NCBI RefSeq assembly: GCF_001194135.2
Contig: NC_068987.1
Coordinates: 28,830,079 to 28,868,842 of the forward strand
Direction of reading: 5' to 3'
Origin: Octopus bimaculoides
Taxonomy: Eukaryota
Length of the DNA stretch: 38,764 bases
In this document: piece by piece, positions 24,665-38,377 of the stretch
Layout of the letters: the number at the start of each line of letters is the position of its first letter
How positions within the stretch are numbered: position 1 is the stretch's first letter
Made by a program: the position numbers and the translations under genes
The notes under the pieces: model-generated
What the model was told of the DNA's origin: nothing
Databases searched by the model: none
The model's input: only the letters and a program-made list of their open reading frames with translations

Positions 24665-24815
24665 TTCTTTATTGCCCACCAGGAGCTAAACATAGAGGGG
24701 ACAAACTAGGATAGACACAGGGATTAAGTCGATTAGATCAACACCAGTGCGTAAGTAGAAGTTAATTTATCGACCCCGAAGGGATGAAAGGCAAAGTCGA
24801 CCTCGGCGGAATTTT
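24665..24815 (-). mobile_element. 5'-truncated group A SINE (alternative-tail subfamily)
   Basis: TCGACCCCGAAGGGATGAAAGGCAAAGTCGACCTCGGCGGAATTT plus a tail matching 14400-14478. Confidence 0.85.
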
Positions 24816-24899
24816 CACCAGTAATTCTAACTGATGTGATTCTTTCTGATTCAGCTATAGTTGTGACTTTTAAAATTATTGTGGTGCAACATACATTGA

Positions 24900-24924
24900 T
24901 AGATAGAGAGTCAAACAGACAGAC

Positions 24925-25014
<90 letters not shown>

Positions 25015-25024
25015 GTAGATAGAT

Positions 25025-25066
<42 letters not shown>

Positions 25067-25072
25067 GGATAC

Positions 25073-25139
<67 letters not shown>

Positions 25140-25235
25140 CGCAGACTGACAGATAGACAAACAGAGAGACAGACAGACAGACACATAGACACACAGACTG
25201 AGGAACACACAAACAGACAGAGACATATAGATATA
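24900..25235. repeat. (GATA)n/(GACA)n compound microsatellite
   Basis: Directly visible. Confidence 0.97.
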
Positions 25236-26069
25236 TCCTCGGTAGTTTTTTAAATCTCTGCTGGTGTGGGCTTGCATGAGCCATTAACATTGATGGCGTT
25301 ACTTTCGGCAATCTAATACTCTTATGAGAACCACACATAGCATCAACATCGGAGAAGGAAAACAAGGCGCAACCAACCACACTTTAAGCGCCACCAAGCC
25401 ACCATGTGGGAGCGATCGGATGGAGTCCACAACAGCAATATCTCGTAATAACATTTGACATTGTAGGTGGACAACATTAGCCTCAGAAGCCAAGAATGCG
25501 CCTGTCGACATTACAGCCTAGTTGGCAACAGTTCGATGCAGTTTCATCATCCGCTACGCTTTTCCGCATAAGCGGCAGCGAATGATCCAGAAATCAAAAT
25601 GTGAGCGTCAATTACTGACACGTTCAGAAGCAGCCTAAACAGAATGACGCCATTGAAACTTCTTCTTTCTGATATTTCCTTCAACAAAGTGACACTGAAA
25701 TTCTCGAACACGAGAAGCAGCCATAACCGACGACAATATGTATACCCGTGTTGGGATTTAATTTTCGAGTTTCTTACTCAGTAAGAAAACCGCGGTTTTT
25801 AAACGGGAAACAAGACCGTTTGATAGGCTTTTAGACATATATTTATATTGTATGAACACAAGTAAACATGTACATACATATTTATATACATATTTACATG
25901 GATATGAGATCAGACATGAATAACAGTGCATGAAAGTTTTCTATAATTTAACATTAAATTTATAGTCCGAATGGAGTAACTGCAGATTTTCTCACCATTT
26001 CAGTGTAAATGTTTTCTATTCTACTAAATGTAGCCGTGATTTTGTACTATAAAGCTTGATTCCGAACAT

Positions 26070-26320
26070 ATTCAGTCTCAGTGCGTGGCAACTTGAATAA
26101 GTGTCTTCTAATCTAGCTTCGGGCAGAATAAAGCCTTCTGAATAGATTTAGCAGTAGGAAGCACATGCCCGTCGCATGTATATATGCATGTATGTATATA
26201 TGNNNNNNNNNNTGTGTGTGTGTGTGCGTGCATGTGTGTGTGTTTGTGTGTGTCTCTGCGTGTGTGTATTCAGCATGACAGCAGTCTAATGACTGGAATA
26301 AGTAAAATATAAAAGATAAA
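26070..26320 (+). mobile_element. Degenerate composite SINE (group D head, microsatellite with 10-N gap at 26203-26212, group C 3' end)
   Basis: GTGGCAACTTGAATAAGTGTCTTCT...GCCCGTCG, then a microsatellite, then CAGCATGACAGCAGTCTAATGACTGGAATAAGTAAAA. Homologous to 20088-20487. Confidence 0.7.
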
Positions 26321-26989
26321 CTTAGCGCAATATTGTCATTTGTTGAGCAGTTATGTCAACAATAGGCTATCGTTTCTTTCTCGTCCCACACCATTGCGTC
26401 CGGCTGCTTGTGCTTACATGTTATAATTTTAAAATGCTCTGTGGCTAAATCCTACACAGCACCGTTGCCTGATATATTTAACTCTTATGTATTAGTCATG
26501 TTTCGGACCACGGCATCATTTACGTAAACATGTTTCTATGAATGTTATGTATGTATGAGCGCATGTGTGCACGTATGTCTTGCAGTACATATGCGTGCGC
26601 ACGTGTAACTGTGTCTGAATCGCTAAATTTCACTGCATTTTAGAAAACCGGTGTTGCTTTCTTTACACTACGTTATGTTTCATAATTCTTATTTTCGATT
26701 AATGCAGGAAATAAAATAAGTTGAGGACTGTAAAAAGTATTTGAGTTGATATGCTTAACTAAAGAGCTAAAACGTTGCCCAGGCATATACGGAGTTGAAT
26801 GACTGAAGCCAGTAAGAAAATATATGAAAATATCAGGTCACGATGATGTAATATTAGAAACAAATCTGTCAGACTTCAAATGTGCTAAAAGTTTGATAAA
26901 TTATATTGTATATCTCTTTGTGTATTAAGTGTTAAGTGCTAAATTGATGTTTCGTTATGTGTGGTGATAGTGTATACTTCTTTTAAAAG

Positions 26990-27170
26990 AAGACTAGCGT
27001 AGTTTCTCGTATATCCAACATATAACGTTACCATGGCCTCTTTTAATGGAATGAGATTAACATTTTGCAACTGGTATCCAATATCCAGTATCCAGCAACT
27101 GATCCAACTAGTACGAAAGCGGGACACTGATTTGTATAGTGTAAGGATTTTAGTCAGGTTCTTCACCTTT
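26990..27170 (-). mobile_element. Short CR1/L2 RT C-terminal fragment
   Basis: ORF 26939-27166 contains ILTLYKSVSR...YQLQNV, similar to LTLYKSLVRP...KLERVQ. Confidence 0.35.
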
Positions 27171-27399
27171 TTTTAGTAATGCATTCATTCTTGATAATTG
27201 TGTAAATAACTACAAAATTATGATGAATAAAACACGTCAGGAATGGTAGGGAAAACCGTTCTAATACTAAGAGCATACGATATAAGAATAGATTTCTCTA
27301 ACGTCAATAAATTGGTCATTACTTGCAGAACAGAGACCAGCTCTTAGAGTTAAGAATATAATAAAAACCTATTAACAGATTATTGAAATATATAATATA

Positions 27400-27490
27400 T
27401 TATATGTTTATGCATATATGTATGTATGCACACGCACACACACACTCATATATACACACACACACACACACACTCACACACAAACACACA

Positions 27491-27531
<41 letters not shown>

Positions 27532-27595
27532 GCATATATACAAATATACATGTATGCATATATATGTGTGTATATATGTATATGATTATATATAA
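27400..27595. repeat. (AC)n/(AT)n compound microsatellite
   Basis: Directly visible. Confidence 0.93.
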
Positions 27596-29439
27596 TAAAG
27601 CATTATAAAATATAATTAACGGTCTATAGCTTCATATAACAATATTACATAGATTAATGTTGTCGTATTCAAATGGTTTCTCGGGTGAATGTTGCGTTAA
27701 ATACGATGTAAAAGAAGACTATATGCTATAAAACTATAGGGAAATTAAACGATAGTAATTGCTACACATGGAATTATCAAAATAGACAAGCGTTTTAAAA
27801 GATGTGGTAATTCGCCACTTAATTAATATAATGTCTGTATATGTAACGTATGTATAAACCATTTGGATGCGAAAATATATTGATTTTTATTTAGATATAG
27901 TTTAGGGAATAAATATGCGTGGTGTTCAATGACATTAATTTACTAAATGAACTGAAATAATTTTAATCAGGAATCAGATTTGTCCATCGAAGAGAATTAC
28001 GGACATCTTGAAACCCTCCTACATACATACAATGGAAGAACAAGTATTGATTAATAAAATGCGTAAGAGATCGTGTATTCTGTCAACGGCAGCAGACCAT
28101 TAAGTTTACTTCAATAATATATCTGGCAGTGTTTTAGTAACACCGGTGGGTAATAAGTCAAATTAACCGCCAAAGGACTTAGCCTCACTTTGCAAAGACA
28201 TCTGGTTAAATGTACTAAGATAGATTTTCAGTTTTTCTTTCGATTCAGTCATCCACACACACAACTGAGTGGAAAATACTAACTTGTGATTTTGAATAAG
28301 GATGAATGATTTGAAGCTGAAACAAAAGAGTCCGAGTGCATTTAAGAAGAATTATTTAGTTGGGCTCAAGATCTTGAAGAACGAGGCTAAATATGTGTTC
28401 CCGATTCATCCGACGTTCTTCTATTTCACCGTTCTCGTAAAAAAGCAGAAAATATTAGAAAACTTAGTTATAAACTAGTGTTTCGGTTATACAGTGATAG
28501 ATTCTCACAGATATATTGAAAATCGCAGTAAATTTGACTAAATCATATAAACAACTCCTTGCCAAAAACAGGTGACAATATTTAGACAAAATGAGTTGTG
28601 TACACGATTCGGGGTATCAGACATCCATGAAAACAAACTGAAGAACAGCGTGGGTTCTGTGTAAGGTTTTTAATGTGGAAATATCACTGAGGTGCCTTAA
28701 AGAGAAGATTCTATATCATAGTAGTAGAGTATTGATTTAAGTGTATTTAGCTCAGAGAGCTCAATCCAATAAGGAAAGGTGTTTAGGCTTTTGATTATTT
28801 AACATAGTTTCCATCATTCAGAGTGTGTCTACAAACATATAATTCGATGTTCTCTTCTCCTAAATGTTTAGCGGCTGTATGTAGGAAACTGAGAAATCGA
28901 GTAACAACTATATCGTTGTCATTTTTTTAGTTGAAGAGCAATTATACAAGACAGTCTATAGCTCAATGGATATAATATCCTAATGTGCATATGTGCATGT
29001 ATATGTATACGTACCTTCCACCACTACCCCCATACACACAGAGACATTTCTCGTTCCGTTATCAGTTTTGAAACTCAGACAGATATTATCCTAACACGAT
29101 GTAGAAGATATCTCAGCACACATCAACAAGCGTTACATCTAATTGAGGTTTTTAGAGTACAAGGAAAGTACCTGAGCATTTAGACATGTAGACATTTAGA
29201 CATTTCTAATTGCTTACAACAGGATAAAGACCGCAGGCCGTGAGACGCTGCGAATGATTACATAATTTGGATTCATACATCATCATGCAACGTTCTGAAG
29301 TATCAGAGAATGAATTTGCCTTAGATTAAGTGTATATTAATGTTATGATAAATGTTATGACTACGTATAGTTATGTTAATATTATTATTAATGGTACTTA
29401 CATCATTACTAATGTGGTTTTATGAGTAATTCAATTTGC

Positions 29440-30150
29440 TTATTACTGAGTGTTACTGGAAGAGTCAATGATATAAAGCTTCCTTGGCAGAATATTTTGG
29501 CGGTCGATTGTGGCGTAATTGTTTTCATGATTCAGTGTGCGTAAGACTGGAAGCGCCCAGGATGAAGGTCTTCGAACGTGGTGTAAATTGCAGAAGTGAT
29601 TCTCAGGCAAAAGTCGAGAAGGAAATGATTCCAACAAAGCGCTAAGTATATTCAAGGGAGTGTGTGTGGTGCTAAATCTAGGAGCAGATTAAGTCTACCA
29701 TTCTCAAACTGAACCACCCACCCAAATTAGCTTCAAAACAGCTTGTATCTTCGTAACTTCAATCTTCGCTTACAATGCTTTGGTTGGCTCGATACCATAG
29801 CACACATTACAGGCCAAAGATTCTGCGCAGTGGAAGTCGATATAAGGTCGTTACAAAGCAAACTTTTCCAGTTGATAGCTATGTTTATCTTAAGCAAACA
29901 GCTACCCTTTCACCTATTAAACTCATAGATTTGCCTATGCCACTCATCCATAGAGCGTTGTTTCCAACTGTTAACCATGCAGTGTTGCCTGTGTTGCTTA
30001 CCATTCAACATTGTTGATGCTTGTTAGTTCCACAGTCATTTCCGGGCCAATGTTTGATCTATTGAAACATTTAGATCAGAATGCGTAACTGAAGTGACCA
30101 ACCTGAAGAATTGGGTGCATCTGTGTTTCACAGAAACTATGTTAGCAAAC
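29440..30150 (-). mobile_element. Possible decayed RTE-type RT C-terminal remnant
   Basis: Minus-strand NHFLLDFCLRITSAI near 29625-29585 resembles FHLRCLRRILxI. Otherwise weak. Confidence 0.3.
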
Positions 30151-30794
30151 TGAACAATCCAATTTCTTGAGTAACATAGTACTATTACAATTTCGTGACA
30201 TGTTTTAAAATAAAATTCTCTGAAAACACATCGTATTTGGAATCTGTTTCCCTAAACACTAGGTATATAACAAAGGATAAGAAAATAAACATGTAATATA
30301 TCGACAGCATTTAGACTACACTATAAGTAAATGTTGCTGCATACTTTTTGTTAGTCTTAATGCGGTATGTGGACGGGTAAATAGGTAAGCGGTTCAATGA
30401 CTTGAAACATAGTAAAAAGGGAGAAGATTAAGCTGAAAAAGAGAATAATATCATAATATAATAACAGTAGAAACAAGATCAAAAAATGCATTACTTTACA
30501 TCTACAGGGCATTGGACAGATGTAAAACAGATGAGGATGTACACATAGGTCCATGTTGTAAAAAGCAGGTAAGTCACGTAAAAAATAATTGAAAAATCGG
30601 AAAGCAAAACTCTATTACAAGAAACAAAAACAATGAAATAATACTACTCCTGTGGAGATGATAACTCAGCCATGAATCAAGAAATTATAAGATAAACATT
30701 GCTCTGATAGACTTCAAACATAGCAACAGATTTCATATTAATCTTAGAGGCTTTGTAGGTAATGGATGCCAAAATTAATAGAGAGGTGGATAGT

Positions 30795-30965
30795 ATGTTT
30801 TGTGGTATTTAGTTATGTACATTTACGTCTGAAGTTCAAATTCTGCCAGTAGTGTCTTCATATTTCATCCTTCTGGGGCTCGATAAGGTAAATGCTAGTC
30901 AGTTACCAGTGTTTACATTGTTGATTGAGCCCATCTTTAAATAGTTATGGCTTTGTGTCTACACT
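30795..30965 (+). mobile_element. Old group A SINE
   Basis: TTTACGTCTGAAGTTCAAATTCTGCC...TTTCATCCTTCTGGGGCTCGATAA. Confidence 0.7.
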
Positions 30966-33351
30966 GGAAGTCATTTCTAAAGCATATAAAACTGTCTCCT
31001 TAGATGAGGCAACAGTATAAAAAACGGCTTATATGTTATCTAAAAAGAACTACATTTAGTAAGAATATACAGAACGTATATATTGAATGTAGAAGCAATT
31101 TCCTAGGCACTGTTGCGCTGTGATTACTAAAACAGTTGTACAAAAGAGAAAACAAATCATAGAACATAGACATATATAAATATAACATACAAATCAAATA
31201 GATATAGAACACACATAGAGTATGGAAACATAGAGTATTATCGACACAATGGAAAGAAATACGAACTTATCCAGTAACGGATATTGAAGATGTCACTGAA
31301 TTTTGCGATTTCTCTGTGTATATCGACCAGGTTTCAGAGTGACTTGATGGTAGGACATGCTTGTTAACAGATATGATTATGCCATTTGCAAAATAAACAA
31401 ATGCACAAAGATAAAATAAAGTAAATAAATAACTGTCAAAACGAAGGAAATTGGTAAACAAGCCGAGAACACCGTCTTGTAAATTGAGATTAAGATTTCT
31501 TCTTTGTACCAGAAAATGCCAATAATTTTATTTTTGATTGATATGCTTGCACTCATTAAAAAAGAGTACTGACCATCATGTTAGTATGGTAGGTACTGAG
31601 TGAAAGAAATATACAGGGTGGCTTATATGCTGCATATGTGTTAAACAAATCAATAAATGTGTTTCTGTAGTAAACACATGAAGAAAAATGTTTTTTTCAA
31701 TATTTTTTCAATGATATACTTTGCTACGCATCTTGTTGTAACAAAGTATCTCGTAAAACCTGACATTAAGAACCCTTCAGACAACGATGTTCACCTTGTT
31801 TACTGGAAGTCCAAATGATGCTTATTTCGTCTTTATAAATTTTATATATATATCTATAGTGTGTTGACTGAATTATCTCTATGAACAGTTTTAATGTCTG
31901 ATTTTGCTGCGTTTGATTTTGGATGTTTTATACCACCCAGATTTACTTTGGCTATCATCTGCATGTGATTAATATTTAAGTATTAGTTGAAAGGAGAATC
32001 AGATGTATTCGACAACACACCATTACCACCAAGTGGTAACTTGTGACAAGTAGAGAACATATTACCTCTTTAGGGCGACGTTTCACAATCACAGATTTAG
32101 CGAAGAGTAGGGCTAAAATCATTATTTATGATGGTTTCCATAACTTCAAACTTAGTAAAAGTACTAAGTAAAATCTTAGTCATCAGAATGTATGGGGATA
32201 AAATCTGAAGAAAATATTTAATGAATCCAGATAACACACATGTCACAAATGAAAAACTGTGAATCAGGAGAAAAGTACCAACAAGGTTATGAGGTGAATA
32301 CGTTCATCGTAGAATATAAAATTAAACATAAAAACGGAGCGAAGATCACTAAAATACATTATTTAATCAGTCGATCCTTGCCCTTATTTGTTTTATATCT
32401 ATATTTTTATCCTGCTGCTTTTCCTTTATACTTTTTTCTTTCCATTAGTATCAACATTCTGAGAATGTAAAGTAGTAAACTGACATTTCTCTAAACGTTT
32501 TAGTGTCATTTTAAAATTCTTCTCTCTCTACCATTAGTATATATACAATAAAGTAGGCGGTTCCTGACCTCTTAATATCAGTGGCACTAGCTGTTTGCAA
32601 TAAAATTAACGATGGGAAACTAATATGACAATGTGTCTCCGTAGTTTCCCCAACCTGATTGAAATTTTCATAGCGTGAAACCCTGTTGTTTATATTTTAT
32701 ATCATTGTCATTTATGCTCTTCTTTTTCGATGTATGTGATTGTTTCAATTCTACAATGCAAACAAATTTGTTTTTTTCAGCGTTACCATTGCTAGACTGA
32801 AAAGATGATTAGTACAATTGTCATCACGTCATATCATATGGTTTTACATAAATATTCTGTTTATAATCCATCATGTTGAAAGATATAAAAAAAGACTTCC
32901 GGGTTTTGAAACTACTTTATTTGTTTAAAAATGCATTTCCGTCATATTCTTTCCTCTTTTAGTTTACTAGCACACACACAAACATGCACATACACACAGA
33001 CTCTCTCTTTCTCTCTCTCCCTCACACACACACACACAGTACATTTTATGAGATGAAATAGTTGAACAACTGCTGATGTTGAGTTTAGAGCTCCACATAG
33101 ATTATCATCGTCCAGTCTGCTTCCAGTATAGTGGCTAAGAAACTACTATATTTAGCAGCATTCGTAGTCATGCATGACAGATCAAATCTTGAAATTACTT
33201 ATCAGTAACTTAATGCAATAAAATGTTCCCAAATGATCCGTTCTGATGTAGCATCGAAATGTAATTCGAACATGTAATGCAGAGTTCCAATCAGGCATAA
33301 TGCGTAGGAACCGATAATCAATGTTTAACGTCATTACTTATATATATATTC

Positions 33352-33548
33352 TTTTATTCTTTTACTTGTTTCAATCATTTGACTGTAGCCATGCTGGAGC
33401 ACCGCCTTTAGTCGAACAATTCGACCTCAGGACTTATTATTTGTAAGCCTAGTACTTAATCTATCGGTCTCTTATGCCGAACCGCTTACTTACGGAGACG
33501 TAAACACACCAGCATCGGTTGTCAAACGATGGTGGGGGCAAACACAAA
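33352..33548 (-). mobile_element. Group C SINE tail (3' part of composite SINE)
   Basis: TTTTACTTGTTTCAATCATTTGACTGTAGCCATGCTGGAGCACCGCC...GTAAGCCTAGTACTTAATCTATCGGTCTCTTATGCCGAACCGCT matches 20095-20300. An (AT)n run follows. Confidence 0.85.
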
Positions 33549-33589
33549 TATGCATATATATATATATATAAATATATATATATATATGG

Positions 33590-33680
33590 ACCCCAGTGGA
33601 GCACTAGAGTCAATGTAATCAACTTACATCCTTTCCCATAAATGCTGGACTTGTGCCAAAGTTTGAAACCAATATTAGAT
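33590..33680 (+). mobile_element. 3' fragment of group A SINE
   Basis: GCACTAGAGTCAATGTAATCAACTT...TGCTGGACTTGTGCCAAAGTTTGAAACCAATATT matches the reverse complement of 22057-22130. Confidence 0.7.
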
Positions 33681-34029
33681 TTAAAGGTACTGATCCGAGC
33701 TCCTATGAAATAAACTTAAAGCAAAAGCGTGAAGAATTTGAAATCAAAACACATTAGAAGGTAACACAAAAAATAATAAATGTTAAGATACCTTATCCTC
33801 TTCATTCCCTCTCACTGTATTGCTCTCTCTCCTAAGTTTGTTTCTTAGAGTAAGAACCCGATGAGGACGTGGGGGAAGGTCAAAGTCTAATATAGAAATG
33901 ATGATAGTGACTGATATCTACTTTATTTTTCGTGGATGCTGGGGTACGAATATCAAAGCAGAATATTCGAGATCTGAAATCCCAAGTTAAATCATATATC
34001 TAAATAGGTAAGAATTCAACTTCTCGGGT

Positions 34030-34259
34030 CATACCGACTGATAAGGGCTGGTTTCCCGGTTTCTATGGTGCATACATTCCCCACCTGGACGGCACGCCGG
34101 TCCGTCGCAGGATTACTCATGTTTGGCAGCTGATTGAAATGGAGTAACCTGAAATGAAGTGTTTTGTTCAAGACCACAACGCGTCGCCGGGTACAGGAAT
34201 CGAAACCACAATCTTACGATCATGAGACCAGCACTCTGAGCACTAAGCTACGCGCCTCC
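34030..34259 (-). mobile_element. tRNA-derived SINE, group B
   Basis: Reverse complement GGAGGCGCGTAGCTTAGTGCTCAGAGTG...GGTTTCGATTCCTGTACCCGGCGACGCGTTGTGG is homologous to 9420-9667. Confidence 0.85.
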
Positions 34260-35159
34260 ACTGTGCCTGATAGGGTGCTGTGTTAGATTTGTTCAAATTC
34301 ATGTAGACAGAGAAATATATTGCTGTGGAGAAACTGGAGTTGAATGAATCGGCTCTCCGTATATATAATGATTTAGGATTTTTCGTTTGTAGGAGACTCT
34401 GCTACATACATCTCATGCTCTAGATGTTTCCTTCAAATTTTAGTAAAACAATTCTAACGGAAATAGTGATGCAAGAATCGCTAAGTGCTGTCTGATCTCT
34501 ATCTTCACCTCCTACGCAAACATATACCAATTCTCTGTCTGAGCAATAACATTTTATGTGCCACTAATCCTTATCGGATTAAACTAAGTGGTTAAGATAA
34601 TTACATGAAGATTAAAACATATTTCGTGATCAGGCGACTCATTATAACTTACAGGCCATTGTTGTTGTTTTCTTTTATTTCAGAAATAGAAAAAAAACTA
34701 TAAGTAAGTAAACAAACAGTTCTACCTTAATTTTTCTATTCAATTTTGAGAACAAGAAATAGCTAAGGATTGCAAAGTTCATAGAAACGTCTGTAACCGA
34801 GGATGTGCATTTCCTCCGTGATTGAGATTGCCGACACTAATAAGATGCAGATCAGTATTATTCGTGTTTATAAAGGTAGAGACTGGAGAGAAACCATGAC
34901 TGGTTCAATTACAGTTAGTTGGTTTGTTGCAAGGTTTTTAATTTTCAAACGAATTGTTGTTTACTAAATGTATAATATTACACAAACAGAATAATTTTAC
35001 TCACATACAAAAACTTCAAAATACACACATCTGGACATATACACATTGGAAACCCGCGAGACTTTTCGAGACGATTTTCGTAATATTGAGAATATGAGAA
35101 CTGCCATGAGACAAGCAAGCCAACACAACTATAGATATATTGTATTTCAATAAATTTGC

Positions 35160-35361
35160 GCGTGTATGAGTATGTGTGCGTGTATACATATATATATTAT
35201 ATATATGTATATTATATGTTTATATATATATATAAATATTATATATGTATATTGTATATATGTATATTATACATACATATATATNNNNNNNNNNNNNNNN
35301 NNNNNNNNNNNNNNNNNNNNNNNNNNNNNNNNNNNNNNNNNNNNNNNNNNNNNNNNNNNNN

Positions 35362-35400
<39 letters not shown>
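35160..35400. repeat. AT-rich microsatellite containing an assembly gap (N 35285-35361)
   Basis: Directly visible. Confidence 0.95.
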
Positions 35401-35406
<6 letters not shown>

Positions 35407-36619
35407 ATTACTACACTTGATAATCGTATTCTTTACTTCTTCGTGATCAACATTGCAGCTGATATCATCGTTATCATCCTGAGCTACACGACCATCTCTG
35501 TTCGAATTATTATTATCATATTTTAAAAAGTTGCAAATGAGTTTTTACTGCATCAGCAGGTGCACCTCCGTATACCGAGGTGTGGACAGCATTGTCTTGG
35601 GAGAGTACAATTATATTTACATAGTACATCTGTTTACTTGGTTATGGTGGCTTGTTTTTATATTTCTGATGTAGCATTGATGTTTCGTCTCAGAGTTTGC
35701 TAATTGGTTGATGCTATAAAACGTTGCATTATTTCATAGAATAAATCTGTTTAGTATACGTTCTGTTTTGTAATTTAACGCCGAGTACAGAATGCGTTCA
35801 TTATATTATATTAAGGTTCTCTATTTCTAGTCGCGTAACGAGTGTGTAGATTACGCGCAGAAAATTTATGTGTGTCGTGTTATGGAATTAAACGTTTCTT
35901 CAGTAACATGAGGAACAAGCTTACTAAGTTGTTAAGTGTGACTGTCTTTAGAGATGTAAGTCTTAATGCGTGTTTTCAAGTTTGCATTTCTTTTGTTTGT
36001 GCCCCAGTCATTACTCATAGCAATCGATATATGTATACACCGAACCTACATCTGTAAAATTTATGGTTATTGTAACCTATTCTACCAAGAAGTATAGCTT
36101 GCCATGCTTTATGTAGAGTTACAGTCACAGTAAAAAAGTAAAACAATAAAAATTTTAGTCAGCAACAAAATATAACCCTTACCCATATACATAAAAAAAA
36201 CATCTTCGATGTCATCTCCTATAGTAATAACTAGCACAACTAGATGCACTGCGGTTGTTTCGAATAGTGAAACTTAATTTCAATAACTTGAACCAGCTTT
36301 TTTTCTTTTTCAGCTTTAGAAGATATTTTATAATTTAGTATAAAACTTGATTCAAGCCACAACAGAACACAACTGCCGTATCTGAAAGAGTGATTCTAAC
36401 ACAGACATCCTCGTTTGCAACCCCATAATGTCCCTCCTCTAACTGATAGGAATTTACTAGCAAACACACTCGTACTTCTAATAGACACACATACTTTCTC
36501 CCCCACCTTGCTCTCTCTCTCTCTCTCTCTCTCTATTTATCTGTATGTATTTATCTATCAATCTTTTGGCTTCTATACACTCTTTGTCGTAGTCTGGAAT
36601 TGTCAGGGCGCCAATGAGT

Positions 36620-36790
36620 TGCTCTGAACTCTCTTATCTCTCCTCCACTCATCATCCACATCTTGTTCAACTCCATGTACATTAAAATTAATTCAAAGCC
36701 CAGTTCTATCGCACTACATTGTCACCCTCTGGAATACTTTCCATGCTCTTTTGAAAGTTGCTGATTTACAACACTTTTAAACGGAACAAT
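36620..36790 (+). mobile_element. CR1/L2 3'-terminal remnant
   Basis: IVTLWNTFHALLKVADLQHF (~36718-36778) resembles the CR1/L2 C-terminal motif RVVxxWNxLP..V.A.S...FK. Confidence 0.4.
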
Positions 36791-38346
36791 AACAGCAATA
36801 ATCCAAACAATCTCGGAGAGGAACGAAAGAAATACTGTCACCAGATCAAACTAGGAAAATAATAGCAAAGGACTAAAGAAATCAAGACACAGAAAGAGCT
36901 TTGAGAGGAAAATGTTAAAATCAAAACCTCATGTAGGAAATTAAAATAGAATAATTAATAAAAGAAAGTTTGCATAATGGAAATAGAAATAAGCAATGCG
37001 AATTAAAACATTCAGAAATTTAGACATGGTGGTAGAACTAACACATGCAAAACAAATACATTACATGTAAGACATAACAGAATTTAACCTTAGGTTATCT
37101 ACATAATAGCGAGCAACTTAAAAGAGATACGCATAATGGGAAGTATGAGAAATAGAAAAATGGAAGTGATGAATATAAAAACATGAATAAATAACCTAAA
37201 AAAACAAGTAGAAAAAAATATAATAAATAAGTATATATTACTTGGTCCTTAACAGTATCAGTAGGATTAAACATATCTGAGAAAAGAAAGAAATTTGAGA
37301 AAGAAAAAAAAAAACTAACGCGGAAAAAATATTCCAAATTTTTGAATATAGAAAACAACAATTATGCTAAAAGAAAAGAATGGCAAAGTCTTCCATTTCA
37401 GCTACGAGAGACTGTATCAAGAACTAAGTACAAAAAAATATATATTTAAGACACTATCAACTTCAATATGAATAGGGGGATTTTGAGTTGGTGTAGGAAT
37501 TGCAAATAGAGTGTTACGGGCAACAAGCGTAGCAACTGATTAAATGCTGCAAAAATAATAACAAAAGAAAACACCTGAAAGTTTCCAACAAATTATAAAC
37601 TCCTATCTACTTCTTATTGTAATATACAATTGTATCACATATTCCTGGCCCAAAAACTTTATGACCTCTTAAAAATGTCTTAAGCAACGGTTGAATGGGT
37701 CACCGGGGTGAACTGCATCTTGAACACTAAAGCTAAAAAAAAAGTAGAATTAAAAGAGAAAAACAATTTATTTTTTATAGATTCCGTAATGCAGTATAAC
37801 ATAACATATATATAACTACCTGGCAAAGAAAAAAGTCCTACATTAGTGAAAGGGTGCTGAAAATATATGTTGTTTCATATGATTCAAAAAGCGATAATGG
37901 AAGGTGAGTTACAGCGGGGCAAAAATTGAGCGTCGGGGAAATTTTGAGAATACTTCCAACACTATGAGCCCAACGAACAATATGATGACTACATCAAATA
38001 TGACATATATAATGGGCAAAATAATTAGCGGATGCATAAAAGATTTTTTTAAATCAGATCTCATTTCTGTTACAACAGAAATATTTTAATGTATGTTCTT
38101 AAAACTCATTTTTATGCCTAGCTTAAACATATTTAATCACTCTGCTGATGATTGTCGAACATGTTGACCAAGTTACATTTATGGTGTCATGAGCTTGACA
38201 TTGATTTAGCAAAACTAGACTGAAACCGAAGGGAAAATGTCTACTCTATTTACATAAAACAAAGATTTAGCAGGTTGCGCGGGCGCAGTGGTTTGTGGTT
38301 CATTGGTTCTTCCATACCCTCTTTCTCTGTTTTTCAGTCTTTCTCC

Positions 38347-38350
<4 letters not shown>

Positions 38351-38377
<27 letters not shown>

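Noticed and set aside
24733-25380. 215-aa ORF with repeated SIYL units
   Set aside because: It is the translation of the (GATA)n microsatellite. The same applies to the ORFs at 16792-17200.
37420-37545. Minus-strand peptide VATLVARNTLFAIPTPTQNPPIHIEVDSVL after a possible acceptor
   Set aside because: No convincing donor, no recognisable domain and no neighbouring exons; cannot be supported as a CDS.
38140-38245. CTGATGA...GAAAC...GTC third hammerhead candidate
   Set aside because: Stem I gives at most 2 pairs and stems II and III are poor; likely chance.
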